The notes below the pieces were generated by a model. The model saw only the letters and a program-made list of their open reading frames with translations, did no database searches and was not told the DNA's origin. A stretch of DNA of 64,000 bases, from contig CAZXPK010000002.1 in the NCBI GenBank assembly GCA_964642565.1, positions 130 to 64,129 on the forward strand, read 5' to 3'. This document shows positions 48,197 through 58,124 of this stretch, one piece after another (the stretch's first letter is position 1; each line of letters starts with the position of its first letter). A program made the translations under genes and the position numbers. Source of the DNA: an uncultured Anaerolineaceae bacterium. GTDB lineage: Bacteria > Chloroflexota > Anaerolineae > Anaerolineales > UBA4823.

Positions 48197-49060
48197 ATGA
48201 GTATCCTGATTAATAAAAATACACGCCTACTCGTTCATGGCATTACAGGTAACGAGGGTCTGTTTCATAGTACCCAAATGCTGGCATATGGTACAAATGT
48301 GGTCGCTGGCATGACCCCCGGAAAAGGTGGCGAGTGGGTTATCGAGGGAAAGGTACCAGTATTCGATTCAGCTAAAGTCGCTGTGGAAGCAACCGGTGCA
48401 AACACTAGCTGTATATTTGTTCCGTCAAAGTTCGCTGCTGATTCAATCTATGAAGCAGCTGATGCTGGCATTTCGTTGATCGTTTGTATAACAGAAGGCA
48501 TCCCCGTACAAGATATGATGCGTGTTCGGAATTACCTCGATCAGAAAATGGTTCGTCTAGTTGGACCAAACTGCCCGGGTTTGCTTACACCAAGTGAATC
48601 TAAGGTAGGCATAATCCCAGGTAACATTGCCATCCCCGGTAATGTCGGCGTCGTATCACGCTCAGGGACATTAACTTATGAAGTCCTGTATGCGCTAAAG
48701 TTGCTAAATCATGGCATTAGCACCTGCGTTGGGATTGGCGGAGATCCAATTAATGGCACCAACTTTATCGATGCTCTCACTATGTTTGAAGCAGACCCAC
48801 AGACCGAGAAAGTGGTGATGATTGGTGAGATTGGTGGAACCGATGAAGAAAAAGCAGCAGAATATATTGCTAGTAATATGACTAAACCAGTGGTTAGCTT
48901 TATCGCTGGTCAGACAGCCCCTCCGGGTAAACGTATGGGGCATGCTGGGGCGATCGTTGAAGGTGGTTCAGGTTTGGCTGCTGACAAGATCAAGGCTCTC
49001 AAGGCAGCTGGCGTCCGTGTGGCTACACATCCCGAAGAAATACCCAGCTTACTCTTTTAA
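48197..49060 (+). CDS. sucD: Succinyl-CoA synthetase alpha subunit
   Basis: 287 aa with [16 protein letters not shown] and the phosphohistidine loop [11 protein letters not shown]. Confidence 0.95.
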   Translation: MSILINKNTRLLVHGITGNEGLFHSTQMLAYGTNVVAGMTPGKGGEWVIEGKVPVFDSAKVAVEATGANTSCIFVPSKFAADSIYEAADAGISLIVCITEGIPVQDMMRVRNYLDQKMVRLVGPNCPGLLTPSESKVGIIPGNIAIPGNVGVVSRSGTLTYEVLYALKLLNHGISTCVGIGGDPINGTNFIDALTMFEADPQTEKVVMIGEIGGTDEEKAAEYIASNMTKPVVSFIAGQTAPPGKRMGHAGAIVEGGSGLAADKIKALKAAGVRVATHPEEIPSLLF

Positions 49061-49072
49061 TATTAAATAATC

Positions 49073-49117
49073 ATGGGGAACAAGTCTGTTGATATCGTTC
49101 ACAGGCTTATTCCCCAT
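49073..49117. terminator. Stem-loop between convergent sucD and the lipoprotein gene
   Basis: ATGGGGAACAAGTCTGT / ACAGGCTTATTCCCCAT forms a 17-bp stem with one mismatch and an 11-nt loop. Confidence 0.55.
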
Positions 49118-49138
49118 TCTAAATTAATCGATAAATCC

Positions 49139-49609
49139 TTACGGAGTCCGGGTTATATAAATTTGAACAATGGTAAACTCACCAACAGGATTGTATTGGA
49201 TTGAAAATGTTATGCGGTCTCCATTCGCTTTTGAACGAGCCATCTGTGCCATGGAGCCGACTACACTATCAGGATTAGCTGGCTGATCCCACCCATCTGT
49301 AGGGAGTTCCTGTTGGTAAAAAGCTACAACATCCTTTATTTGAAGATCTACTTTATAAGTTAAATTCAACTGATTTGGGATTTGTAGATCATATGCATCA
49401 GGCATGATCGGAACATCTTCTGGAACGCCAGACGGTGCACTTGTGGCTACCACAGGTTGCGATGTGGATCCACCTGGCTCCTGGGTAGTAATGGGATATT
49501 GTGAGGGTGTAGTCGCCTGACCTTTGCTACATGCTACGGATAATATTGAAATTATGATGATGACAGCTATTACAAACAAAACTCTCTTCGGTTTCATCTT
49601 CTCCTCCAA
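49139..49609 (-). CDS. Hypothetical lipoprotein
   Basis: 156 aa with a signal peptide and lipobox (ILSVACS), followed by a Thr/Ser/Pro-rich linker. No recognisable catalytic motif is present. Confidence 0.6.
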   Translation of the reverse strand: MEEKMKPKRVLFVIAVIIIISILSVACSKGQATTPSQYPITTQEPGGSTSQPVVATSAPSGVPEDVPIMPDAYDLQIPNQLNLTYKVDLQIKDVVAFYQQELPTDGWDQPANPDSVVGSMAQMARSKANGDRITFSIQYNPVGEFTIVQIYITRTP

Positions 49610-49695
49610 GGATCACAAAATTGGCAAATTATTCCATTATTATTACCATATGCTTTCACGAGCAGTTCATCTAAAACGAATTAAATACGTATAAA

Positions 49696-49719
49696 GAGGC
49701 GCAGTTTACACTGCGCCTC
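49696..49719 (-). terminator. Rho-independent terminator downstream of acpP
   Basis: GAGGCGCAGT-ttac-ACTGCGCCTC forms a 10-bp stem. On the minus strand it is followed by a T-rich stretch (TTTATACGTATTT). Confidence 0.7.
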
Positions 49720-49739
49720 ATATTGTTACAAAATATGAT

Positions 49740-49985
49740 TTATTTAGAATGAGTTTGAAGATATTCAACGGCCTGACCAACCGTTTTGATTTCCTGAGCT
49801 TCCTTGTCAGAAATTTCACCACCAAATTCATCTTCGAATTTCATAATCAATTCTACCAGGTCCAATGAGTCAGCCTCGAGGTCTTCACGGAAACGAGCCT
49901 CAGGAGTAATTTTAGCTTCATCCACACCTAGTAAGTCTACAATGATTGCTTTCACCTTATTGTAAACTTCAATTTGTTCCATCAT
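49740..49985 (-). CDS. acpP: Acyl carrier protein
   Basis: Carries the phosphopantetheine site [11 protein letters not shown]. The start at ATG 49985 lies 7 nt after GGAGG. The longer ORF start (50027) falls inside the predicted -10 box. Confidence 0.92.
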   Translation of the reverse strand: MMEQIEVYNKVKAIIVDLLGVDEAKITPEARFREDLEADSLDLVELIMKFEDEFGGEISDKEAQEIKTVGQAVEYLQTHSK

Positions 49986-50026
49986 ACTTAATCCTCCTTC
50001 GGGGAATATGTGCCTGATACTGCGCA

Positions 50027-50054
50027 ATTGTATCCTCAGATGTCAATATGTCAA
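50027..50054 (-). promoter_or_regulatory. Putative acpP promoter (TTGACA, 16-nt spacer, TACAAT)
   Basis: The minus strand reads cTTGACAtattgacatctgaggaTACAATtgc, about 40 nt upstream of the acpP start. Confidence 0.55.
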
Positions 50055-50071
50055 GTCTCAGGATTAAGTTG

Positions 50072-50100
50072 TTGACATGCAATGTTCAGGCTGGTAAGAT
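50072..50100 (+). promoter_or_regulatory. Putative promoter of the idi-2/GGPP synthase operon (TTGACA, 17-nt spacer, TGgTAAGAT)
   Basis: A perfect -35 TTGACA lies at 50072-50077 and the extended -10 TGGTAAGAT at 50092-50100. It is divergent from the acpP promoter. Confidence 0.55.
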
Positions 50101-50126
50101 TATTCAAACATCAGGAACACTCTACT

Positions 50127-51155
50127 ATGGAAGAAGTTACGCCGATTGGATTACGGAAATCTGAACACATTCGAATAAATCTAGAAGAAGATGTGCAGTC
50201 TGGATTGACGACCGGATTGGAGCAATTTCATTTTATTCACCGTGCACTACCTGAAATCAATTTGAAGGATGTTGATCCCCGGATAACATTATTTGGCAAG
50301 CAGCTTAGCGCACCACTGCTTATTTCGTCAATGACTGGTGGAACAAGTGAAGCTTTCAAGATCAACCAGAACTTAGCAACTACGGCTCAAGAAACTCATG
50401 TTGCCTTGGGGGTTGGCTCCCAAAGGATTGCCCTGGAACACCCGGAGCTCGCTGGCACCTTTCAGGTTCGACATATAGCACCAGATATCCTCCTTCTTGC
50501 GAATTTAGGTGCGATTCAGCTCAATTATGGTTACGATGCTGATGCATGTCAACGTGCCATAGATATGATCGAAGCTAATGCACTTGTCCTTCACTTTAAT
50601 CCTATCCAAGAAGCTGTCCAAAATGAAGGCGATACCCAATTTGCAGGGTTGATTAATAAAGTTGAGGCTGTGTGCAAGGCTGTGTCTGTGCCTGTAATCG
50701 CCAAAGAAGTGGGTTGGGGATTTTCCAAACAAGATGTAATTCTTCTTGCTCAAGCAGGAGTGGCAGCCATCGATGTGGCTGGTGCAGGTGGAACATCATG
50801 GTCCCAGGTTGAGATGTATCGAGCTGAGAGTGATACACGACGTAGACTGGCTGCCTCATTCTCTGATTGGGGCATTCCTACAGCTGAGTCTATTCAAAAT
50901 GTCGTTGAGGTAGCTCCGGGCATGAAAATAATCGCATCTGGTGGGTTGCGTAGCGGAGTAGATATAGCTAAGTGTATTGCATTGGGGGCATCTTTGGGAG
51001 GTATGGCTGGTCCGTTTCTTAAAACTGCAATCCACTCTATTGATGAAACTATAAAACTTATCAATTTAATCAAAGAAGAATTATCTATTTGCATGTTTGC
51101 GACAGGGTCGGAATCATTAGAACAACTTCGTCTCGATAAACTAGTAAAAAAATAA
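50127..51155 (+). CDS. fni: Type 2 isopentenyl-diphosphate delta-isomerase (FMN-dependent)
   Basis: Carries [23 protein letters not shown] and [10 protein letters not shown]. The start is placed at ATG 50127 because the longer ORF start (50082) lies within the predicted promoter. Confidence 0.9.
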   Translation: MEEVTPIGLRKSEHIRINLEEDVQSGLTTGLEQFHFIHRALPEINLKDVDPRITLFGKQLSAPLLISSMTGGTSEAFKINQNLATTAQETHVALGVGSQRIALEHPELAGTFQVRHIAPDILLLANLGAIQLNYGYDADACQRAIDMIEANALVLHFNPIQEAVQNEGDTQFAGLINKVEAVCKAVSVPVIAKEVGWGFSKQDVILLAQAGVAAIDVAGAGGTSWSQVEMYRAESDTRRRLAASFSDWGIPTAESIQNVVEVAPGMKIIASGGLRSGVDIAKCIALGASLGGMAGPFLKTAIHSIDETIKLINLIKEELSICMFATGSESLEQLRLDKLVKK

Positions 51156-51159
51156 ACGA

Positions 51160-52182
51160 ATGTTCCCAAACTCCATTGAAGGCATTACCCAAACTTATCT
51201 TGATGCAATAGAAGATGAGCTTCAGCAAGCTGTGAAGCGAGCGAATAATTTTGGTAACACTAAACTACATGATATGCTCACCTATCATATGGGATGGCAG
51301 GGCAATCGTAAAAATGTTGAGAGCCGTGGAAAACGAATCCGACCCTTATTAGTCTTATTATCATGTTCAGCAGCTGGTGGCGATTGGACTCGCGCCCTAC
51401 CAGGTGCAACCGCAGTAGAGTTGGTACACAATTTTTCACTGATTCATGATGATATCGAAGACCACAGCCCACTCCGTCGTGGTCGGCCAACCATTTGGAA
51501 GAAGTGGGGCATTCCACAAGCGATTAACACCGGTGATGCCATGTTCGCCCTGGCGCACTTGGAAGCCGTTCGCTTATCCGAGACAGTTTCTCCCACCATC
51601 GCGCTTAAAGCAGCAGAAATCCTTCAATCTACTTGCTTGCATCTCACCCAAGGTCAATACTTAGACTTGTCTTATGAGGCAAGGGATGATTTGTCAATCG
51701 ATGATTATTGGCAAATGGTGGAAGGAAAAACTGCCGCATTGATCGCTACAAGCACTGAATTGGGTGCTTTGGCTGCTGAGTGTGGCGACAAAGAGGTTAG
51801 TTTGTATCACAAATTTGGATGGATGCTTGGTTTAGCTTACCAAGTCCAAGATGATTTACTTGGGATTTGGGGAAATTCAAGCCTGACTGGCAAATCGAGT
51901 AAGAGTGACCTGGTAACAGGAAAAGTAACTCTACCCGTGTTGTATGGGTTATCCAAAGCTGGTAAGTTTGCTGCGCGTTGGGAGCAAGGACCGATACGCC
52001 TTGGTGAAGTCAATGAACTCAGGAATTTACTAGAGCTGGAGGGAGGAAAAGAATTCTCACGATCTCAAGCAAGCCGGTTTGTTAATGAAGCGCTATCTTC
52101 ACTTAAGGAAGCCCGTCCGAGTGGAACCGCTGCTGAGACCTTAATAAACCTGGCAATGAGCCTGATCAATCGGCAGTCATAA
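51160..52182 (+). CDS. Polyprenyl (geranylgeranyl) diphosphate synthase
   Basis: 340 aa with the first Asp-rich motif LIHDDIED and the second QVQDDLLG. Confidence 0.9.
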   Translation: MFPNSIEGITQTYLDAIEDELQQAVKRANNFGNTKLHDMLTYHMGWQGNRKNVESRGKRIRPLLVLLSCSAAGGDWTRALPGATAVELVHNFSLIHDDIEDHSPLRRGRPTIWKKWGIPQAINTGDAMFALAHLEAVRLSETVSPTIALKAAEILQSTCLHLTQGQYLDLSYEARDDLSIDDYWQMVEGKTAALIATSTELGALAAECGDKEVSLYHKFGWMLGLAYQVQDDLLGIWGNSSLTGKSSKSDLVTGKVTLPVLYGLSKAGKFAARWEQGPIRLGEVNELRNLLELEGGKEFSRSQASRFVNEALSSLKEARPSGTAAETLINLAMSLINRQS

Positions 52183-52196
52183 TGAAAAGTAAACTT

Positions 52197-53396
52197 TTAT
52201 ATGAACTCTTTAAATACCTGATTACCCAATAAGTGTCCTTTATTGGTTAATCGTAATCTTTTCCCTTGCTCAACAGTCCATTCCAATAAACCTAGGGAAA
52301 TCAAACGGTCGATTTGGATACCAAATCGCTCTTGTAGATTTACTCCAAAGCGGTGATGAAATTCCTGGTTTGAAACACCTTCCGATACAAGACGTAAACC
52401 CATCATCATTGTCTCACCGATCTCGGTATCAGTATCGATGGAACTCATATGTATCGTCGCTGGAGTACGTGGAAACATATAACCCCCTTCAGATACTGAA
52501 GATTTATTCCTCATCCTTCGAATATAAGCACCGGGGGTTGCGACATTCACAGTTCGATAATGATTTATAAAACCGTGCGCGCCAGCTCCTACGCCGATAT
52601 ACGCTAAATTTCGCCAGTATTGCAGATTGTGCTGACATGAATATTGTTCACCAGAATCATTCGTTAACGCCCAATTTGAAATTTCATATTGGGTATATCT
52701 AGCATTTGCCAGTCTTTCACTGGCAGCTTCATACATATCTGCAGCTATATCAGGATCAGGCTCAGGTAGAATGCCAGTTGCCACTTTATGCTGCAGAGGC
52801 GTGCCATGCTCAAGGGTGAGGGCATATAGAGATAGATGCTCCGGTTGTAAGGATAACGCAGCTTCCAAAGTTATCTGCCATGATTTCAATACCTGAAAGG
52901 GTAATCCGAAGATTAAATCAAGATTTAAGTTATCAATTCCTGCATTTCTTAACCATTTCACTGCTCTTACTACATCCTTAAATGTGTGTTGCCTTTCCAG
53001 CAGTGTTAGCTCTTTCTGGTCGGCCGATTGCATTCCAAGGCTTATCCGGTTTACACCCAGACTGTGTACTTGCGTCAGATACTCCTCAGTCACCGTACCT
53101 GGATTGGCTTCCAATGTTATCTCTGGAGATGGTAATAGATCGAAATGATTATCAACAGTATCGAGGATGTCACTTAACCCATCAGCTGGTACCAGTGACG
53201 GAGTGCCACCACCAAAATAAATGGTGTGTACAAGTAATCGTTCTTTGACTGATTGGGATAGATATGCCAATTCAATACAAACTGCTTTTGAGTATGCAGG
53301 TATTAATCTTTGTAGACCTGCATAGGTATTAAAATCACAATATCCACATCGATGAATGCAAAATGGTATGTGAATATAGAGGCTGTTAATAATCAT
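52197..53396 (-). CDS. hemW: Radical SAM heme chaperone HemW (HemN-like, oxygen-independent coproporphyrinogen oxidase family)
   Basis: 399 aa with LYIHIPFCIHRCGYCDF (the CxxxCxxC cluster motif), YFGGGTPS and a HemN_C-like C-terminus. Confidence 0.88.
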   Translation of the reverse strand: MIINSLYIHIPFCIHRCGYCDFNTYAGLQRLIPAYSKAVCIELAYLSQSVKERLLVHTIYFGGGTPSLVPADGLSDILDTVDNHFDLLPSPEITLEANPGTVTEEYLTQVHSLGVNRISLGMQSADQKELTLLERQHTFKDVVRAVKWLRNAGIDNLNLDLIFGLPFQVLKSWQITLEAALSLQPEHLSLYALTLEHGTPLQHKVATGILPEPDPDIAADMYEAASERLANARYTQYEISNWALTNDSGEQYSCQHNLQYWRNLAYIGVGAGAHGFINHYRTVNVATPGAYIRRMRNKSSVSEGGYMFPRTPATIHMSSIDTDTEIGETMMMGLRLVSEGVSNQEFHHRFGVNLQERFGIQIDRLISLGLLEWTVEQGKRLRLTNKGHLLGNQVFKEFI

Positions 53397-53478
53397 TTTT
53401 TGAGTATATCACGCACATCCAGGCCTATAAGTACGACTGGAGTACGCTGACCGAACCGCCCGTTTAATAAAAAAAAGC

Positions 53479-53487
53479 TGGTATAAT
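53479..53487 (+). promoter_or_regulatory. Extended -10 element (TGgTATAAT) upstream of the LysM protein gene
   Basis: TGGTATAAT lies 38 nt upstream of the ATG at 53526. Confidence 0.4.
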
Positions 53488-53525
53488 GCGCCAAGTCGTG
53501 GCAATCTGCTGGACCCTTAAAAAAT

Positions 53526-54683
53526 ATGACTCCTGAAATAAGCACATCACCCACAAAACTATGTCCCACCTGCGGGACACGTGTCAAGGAGGATGCGACT
53601 CGATGTTTGGTATGTGGGGCCGATCTTGCGAATATTGAAAAAGTCGCACAATCTTCCAAGGTTGTTCAAGGCAGTCGAATGCCATCGATTACCTTAAGTC
53701 TGCCTGCTGCAATTGGATTATTAGCTATATTCCTGGGGATTGGGGCAATCATGGTGTATTTTGCACTTCGCCAAACCCCTGAAGCTATAATTCCTCCAAC
53801 GGCGACATCGACAATCACCGTTACACCAACCGGTACCCAGACAGCAACACCATCACCCCTGCCTACATTAACTAACACACCCGAACCGAGCGCGACTCCC
53901 GTCACTTATCTGGTGAAAGCAAATGATACCTGCATTGGGATAGCACTATTCTTTAATATATCAGTACAAAGCATTGTCACTTTAAATAATCTCCCAGCAG
54001 CATGCGATACTTTAGTCATTAATCAGCCTTTACTTATCCCACAACCAACACCCACTGTGACAGCATTACCCTCTGCCACTTACAGCCTGGCTGAACAAAC
54101 TGAAGCAGCCTGTGAAAAAGTGGAAATTATCGTCCAATCGACTGACACGCTGGGTAGCATATCTGCGAACTATAATGTCCCAATGGAAATTATTAAGGAA
54201 GAGAATGGTCTCTCGGGTGATACAGTTTATTTGGGTCAGCCACTTACCATCCCTTTGTGCAGGCAATTTGCCACCCCAGGTCCATCACCAACAGCCACTC
54301 CTCCACCTCCTTATACCGCACCCAACCTTCTCCTTCCAGTGAATGGCGCACCGCTTACGATAGCGGATGATTCCATCACCCTTCAATGGGCTTCTGTCGG
54401 CTCCTTACAAGAAAATGAAGCCTATAGGGTTACAATTGAGGATCTCACCGCTGCGTTAGGTCCGTCTTTGGTGGACCAGGTCACGGATACAAAATACATC
54501 GTCCCGTCAACCATTCGTCCAACGGACAGGGATGCCCACGTTTTTAGCTGGTTCATTGATGTTGTACGTATTAGCGGTTCTGATGATAGTGGTAATCCCA
54601 TCTGGTCAACTGCTGGTGCTGAAAGCTCTCCAAGATATTTTAGCTGGACAGGTGCACCAGCAGCTGTCACACCAACACCCTAA
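53526..54683 (+). CDS. Zinc-ribbon / single-TM / double-LysM domain protein
   Basis: 385 aa with an N-terminal CPTCG...CLVCG zinc ribbon and one TM helix. Pro/Thr-rich linkers separate two LysM-like units (YLVKANDTCIGIALFFNISVQSIVTLNNL...LLIP and VQSTDTLGSISANYNVPMEIIKEENGLSGDTVYLGQPLTIP). Confidence 0.75.
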   Translation: MTPEISTSPTKLCPTCGTRVKEDATRCLVCGADLANIEKVAQSSKVVQGSRMPSITLSLPAAIGLLAIFLGIGAIMVYFALRQTPEAIIPPTATSTITVTPTGTQTATPSPLPTLTNTPEPSATPVTYLVKANDTCIGIALFFNISVQSIVTLNNLPAACDTLVINQPLLIPQPTPTVTALPSATYSLAEQTEAACEKVEIIVQSTDTLGSISANYNVPMEIIKEENGLSGDTVYLGQPLTIPLCRQFATPGPSPTATPPPPYTAPNLLLPVNGAPLTIADDSITLQWASVGSLQENEAYRVTIEDLTAALGPSLVDQVTDTKYIVPSTIRPTDRDAHVFSWFIDVVRISGSDDSGNPIWSTAGAESSPRYFSWTGAPAAVTPTP

Positions 54684-54693
54684 AAGTAAAAAC

Positions 54694-54715
54694 AGCGGTG
54701 GAAAATTCCACCGCT
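54694..54715. terminator. Stem-loop terminator between the convergent LysM and citrate synthase genes
   Basis: AGCGGTGGA-aaat-TCCACCGCT forms a 9-bp stem followed by ATAATTTTTAT on the plus strand. Confidence 0.7.
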
Positions 54716-54741
54716 ATAATTTTTATCGTATCAATTATCTA

Positions 54742-56046
54742 TTATACTTTACTGGCTATTTCTTCGAGCATGGCAGTTGTAAGGGATTTCGGTCTTTCGA
54801 TCGGCTGACCCAGTGCTCTTGCCCAAACAACATTTGCCGATACCCCCAGGATACGACTAACACCAAAAATCACAGTATAAAAGTCGAATTCTTTGATCCC
54901 AAAATGATACTGTAATGAACCACTGATTGCATCCACATTGGGCCATGGATCCCTGGCCTTTCCCTGCTCCCTTAAAACCTCAGGAACTACATCATACACC
55001 AGAGCAGCAAGCCGAAATATTTCATCTTCCGGGAAGTATTTCTTACCAAATTCCAACTGGGCGGTATAACGTGGATCCGTCTTCCGCAATACTGCATGAC
55101 CATATCCTGGAATTACCTGCCCACTATTCAGAGTATCCCAGGCAAATTGGCGCAATGCAGACTTATCATAGGAGCATTCACCACACTTCTCTTTTACGCT
55201 TAACAACCAGATCAAGCATTCCTGATTAGCTAAACCATGCAATGGTCCTGCCAGGCCGCTTAATCCAGCTGATGCAGCGTAATAAATATCCGAAAGAGAG
55301 GAAGCAACGAGGTGAGTCGTGTGGGCGCTTACATTGCCACTTTCATGGTCGGAATGAAGTAAAAAATATAAGCGTGATAATTCTTCATAAAGAGGATCTT
55401 TAACTCTCATCATATGAGCAAAATTACCAGCCCAATCCATATTTGGATCGGATGGAATAAAGTCACTTTTCTTGTATTTCAATGAATATATGAAAGCTGC
55501 GATTTCAGGGAGCTTGGCAATCAGATTCATACTGTCTTCGAGCATAGGTTCCCAGTACGAATCTTTCTTGAGTCCCTCATGATATTGCTTCGAAAATAGT
55601 GATTCCCGCTGTAAGGTTAATACTGCCAGGTTGAATAATGTCATCGGATGGGCATCAGATGGTAAGGCGCGAATGACATCAAATACATATTGGGGTACTT
55701 TTCCGCGTTTCTTCCACTCTGCTTCAACTTCCAAGGCTTGCTCGGTTGATGGAATACTACCAACCAGGAATAAGTAATATAGTCCTCCAATATAAGGCAT
55801 CTCCGCTCCTTTTGGTTTTGGTAGTTTTGCCAATACCTCTGGGATTGTATAACCTCTAAAGCGAATTCCTTCTGCGGGGTCTACGTACGAAATATCTGTA
55901 ACGAGACTTTTAACATCGCGCATGCCACCATAAACCTGGGATATAGTTACATCGCCGACTTTCACATCCCCTTTTTCTTTAAGTAGCTTCCTTATTCTTT
56001 CACGCCATTCAGGCAATTGCTCTTCGATCTTATCTTTCAATAGCAT
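54742..56046 (-). CDS. Citrate synthase (mitochondrial-like type)
   Basis: 434 aa with VYGGMRDVKSLVTDISYVDPAEGIRFRG, the catalytic region PGYGHAVLRKTDPR and HSDHESGNVSAHT. Confidence 0.92.
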   Translation of the reverse strand: MLLKDKIEEQLPEWRERIRKLLKEKGDVKVGDVTISQVYGGMRDVKSLVTDISYVDPAEGIRFRGYTIPEVLAKLPKPKGAEMPYIGGLYYLFLVGSIPSTEQALEVEAEWKKRGKVPQYVFDVIRALPSDAHPMTLFNLAVLTLQRESLFSKQYHEGLKKDSYWEPMLEDSMNLIAKLPEIAAFIYSLKYKKSDFIPSDPNMDWAGNFAHMMRVKDPLYEELSRLYFLLHSDHESGNVSAHTTHLVASSLSDIYYAASAGLSGLAGPLHGLANQECLIWLLSVKEKCGECSYDKSALRQFAWDTLNSGQVIPGYGHAVLRKTDPRYTAQLEFGKKYFPEDEIFRLAALVYDVVPEVLREQGKARDPWPNVDAISGSLQYHFGIKEFDFYTVIFGVSRILGVSANVVWARALGQPIERPKSLTTAMLEEIASKV

Positions 56047-56062
56047 TTTGGTATCTCCCGCA

Positions 56063-57001
56063 TTAAATTTTTACCAATTTTCGTAATGCTTCCGTTGTTT
56101 GTTGAACTGCTTCTGCGGATCGAGTTAAGGCTTCTCTCTCTCCATCATATAAATCATATACAATGACTTTCTCAATCCCCTTCCGTCCAAGCTGTACGGG
56201 AACTCCAAAGAAAATATCCTTTAAACCATACTCGCCTTTCATATACGCCGAGGCAGGAATAATTAAGTGTTTATCCTTTAGAATAGCCTCAGCCATCTGT
56301 GCTACTGCAGCAGCTGGAGCATAATAAGCACTTCCTATTTTCAATAAGCTGACAATTTCACCGCCTCCCTTTCGGGTACGATTCACAATTGCTTCGAGAC
56401 GTTCCGGGGATATAGCATCGCGTAATGATGTGCCGGCAACATTTGAATGGCGGGTTAATGGCACCATTTCATCTCCATGACCACCAAGCACATAGCATTG
56501 CACATTTTCAACCGACACGCCCAATTCTACAGCAACAAAAGTGCGCATTCTGGCAGAATCAAGGATTCCCGCTTGTCCGACAACCCTTTCACGTGGAAGG
56601 TTACTTAATTTCATAGCCAGATACGCCATGGCATCCAATGGGTTTGTCAATATGATATAAATTGCGTTGGGAGAGCGCTTAATCGTTTCCAGGGTGGCTT
56701 TGCTGACAATTTCCGCATTTGCGCTCAGTAAATCGTCCCGGCTCATTCCAGGTTTACGCGGAAGACCAGCCGTAATAACGATAATATCCGATCCTACGGT
56801 TGCATCGTAATCATTGGTTCCGATAATACTTACATCTTTCCCTATGATAGGCATCGCTTGCTGTAAATCAAGCGCTTTTCCCTGAGGCATACCTTCGACA
56901 ATATCGACTAATACGATATCAGCAATTTCACGTTCCGCTAACCAATGAGCACTCGTGGAACCGGTCATACCTCCACCAATAATTGATACTTTGTTCTTCA
57001 T
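56063..57001 (-). CDS. mdh: Malate dehydrogenase (LDH-like family)
   Basis: 312 aa with KVSIIGGGMTGS, ITAGLPRKPGMSRDDL and VLGGHGDEMVP. Confidence 0.92.
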   Translation of the reverse strand: MKNKVSIIGGGMTGSTSAHWLAEREIADIVLVDIVEGMPQGKALDLQQAMPIIGKDVSIIGTNDYDATVGSDIIVITAGLPRKPGMSRDDLLSANAEIVSKATLETIKRSPNAIYIILTNPLDAMAYLAMKLSNLPRERVVGQAGILDSARMRTFVAVELGVSVENVQCYVLGGHGDEMVPLTRHSNVAGTSLRDAISPERLEAIVNRTRKGGGEIVSLLKIGSAYYAPAAAVAQMAEAILKDKHLIIPASAYMKGEYGLKDIFFGVPVQLGRKGIEKVIVYDLYDGEREALTRSAEAVQQTTEALRKLVKI

Positions 57002-57023
57002 ATTTCCCTCCGTATTGTCTATA

Positions 57024-58019
57024 TTATGACTTTACTGGTACTGGTTGGGTTTCTTCATGCGCTTGAAGGAACCGGATAGCCTGCATCGCTGCTGCAGCAC
57101 CCATTCCCGCAGAGGTAATTACTTGCCGGTAATCTGGATCACCCGCCTCACCAGCTACAAATACACCTGGGACATTTGTGGATAACAGGTTATCGGTTTT
57201 AATGTATCCATGCTCATCCAGATCAAGCGAGTCTGCAAAAATCTGGGTGCTCGGGATATGGCCAATAAAAATGAAAACGCCATCCGTGGATAGCTCACTC
57301 GATTCATTGGTCTTTATATTTTCTATTACTACTTTCTTGACTGACTCTTCACCCACAATCTCGGTAATGACACTGTCCCAGATGAACTTGATCTTGGGAT
57401 GGCTAATTGCACGCTGTTGCAAGATGACACCAGCACGTAGGCTATCTCGACGGTGAATAATTGTTATAGATTTGGCATAGCGGGTGAGAAATAAGCTTTC
57501 CTCGAGGGCACTATCGCCCCCACCAACTACTATCACGTCTTTATCCTTGAAAAACCACCCATCACAGGTCGCACAATATGATACACCTCTACCCGTTAAT
57601 TCCTTTTCGCCAGGCACATTTAATTGTGTCGCCTGAGCGCCTGTGGCTATGATTAATGTATCGGAAAGATATTCACTATTGTAGGTTTTTATCCTAAAAG
57701 GGCGTTCCTTGAGGTCTACATCTGTAGCAGTATCATACTCGACCTGCGCACCAAATCTCTCAGCTTGCTTTTGAAATAAATCAACGAGTTCCTGTCCACC
57801 CACTCCTTCTGGGAAACCAGGATAGTTTTCTATGGTATTTGTTAATGATACCTGTCCACCTAATTCCATTCCGGTTAATACAATTGGCTCTAAATTAGCT
57901 CTGGCTGCATATAAAGCAGCAGATAATCCTGCAGGTCCTGAGCCAAGGATTACCACTTTCACGTTGTTTATTTGTGCTGAGTGATTTGTGGAAATGTTAT
58001 TCAGACTCAAATCCATCAT
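57024..58019 (-). CDS. trxB: Thioredoxin-disulfide reductase
   Basis: 331 aa with ILGSGPAGLSAA, redox-active CATCDG and GGGDSALEE. Confidence 0.93.
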   Translation of the reverse strand: MMDLSLNNISTNHSAQINNVKVVILGSGPAGLSAALYAARANLEPIVLTGMELGGQVSLTNTIENYPGFPEGVGGQELVDLFQKQAERFGAQVEYDTATDVDLKERPFRIKTYNSEYLSDTLIIATGAQATQLNVPGEKELTGRGVSYCATCDGWFFKDKDVIVVGGGDSALEESLFLTRYAKSITIIHRRDSLRAGVILQQRAISHPKIKFIWDSVITEIVGEESVKKVVIENIKTNESSELSTDGVFIFIGHIPSTQIFADSLDLDEHGYIKTDNLLSTNVPGVFVAGEAGDPDYRQVITSAGMGAAAAMQAIRFLQAHEETQPVPVKS

Positions 58020-58124
58020 TGTGCCCTTTCAATCTAGGGATTTTAGCGATTTATATGTTAAGCTAATATATTAATTCTTCACAAATATGATGCAAATCCC
58101 CTATAAAAGTTGCATTTCAAGTTG

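Noticed and set aside
49986-50126. Longer N-terminal extensions of acpP (to 50027) and idi-2 (from 50082)
   Set aside because: Both extensions run into well-formed divergent promoters (TTGACA/TACAAT and TTGACA/TGGTAAGAT). The shorter starts give canonical protein N-termini, and acpP has GGAGG correctly spaced.
53393-53659. 88-aa minus-strand ORF spanning the hemW/LysM intergenic region
   Set aside because: It overlaps the predicted LysM-gene promoter and the 5' end of the LysM protein gene in antisense. It has no motifs and is most likely spurious.
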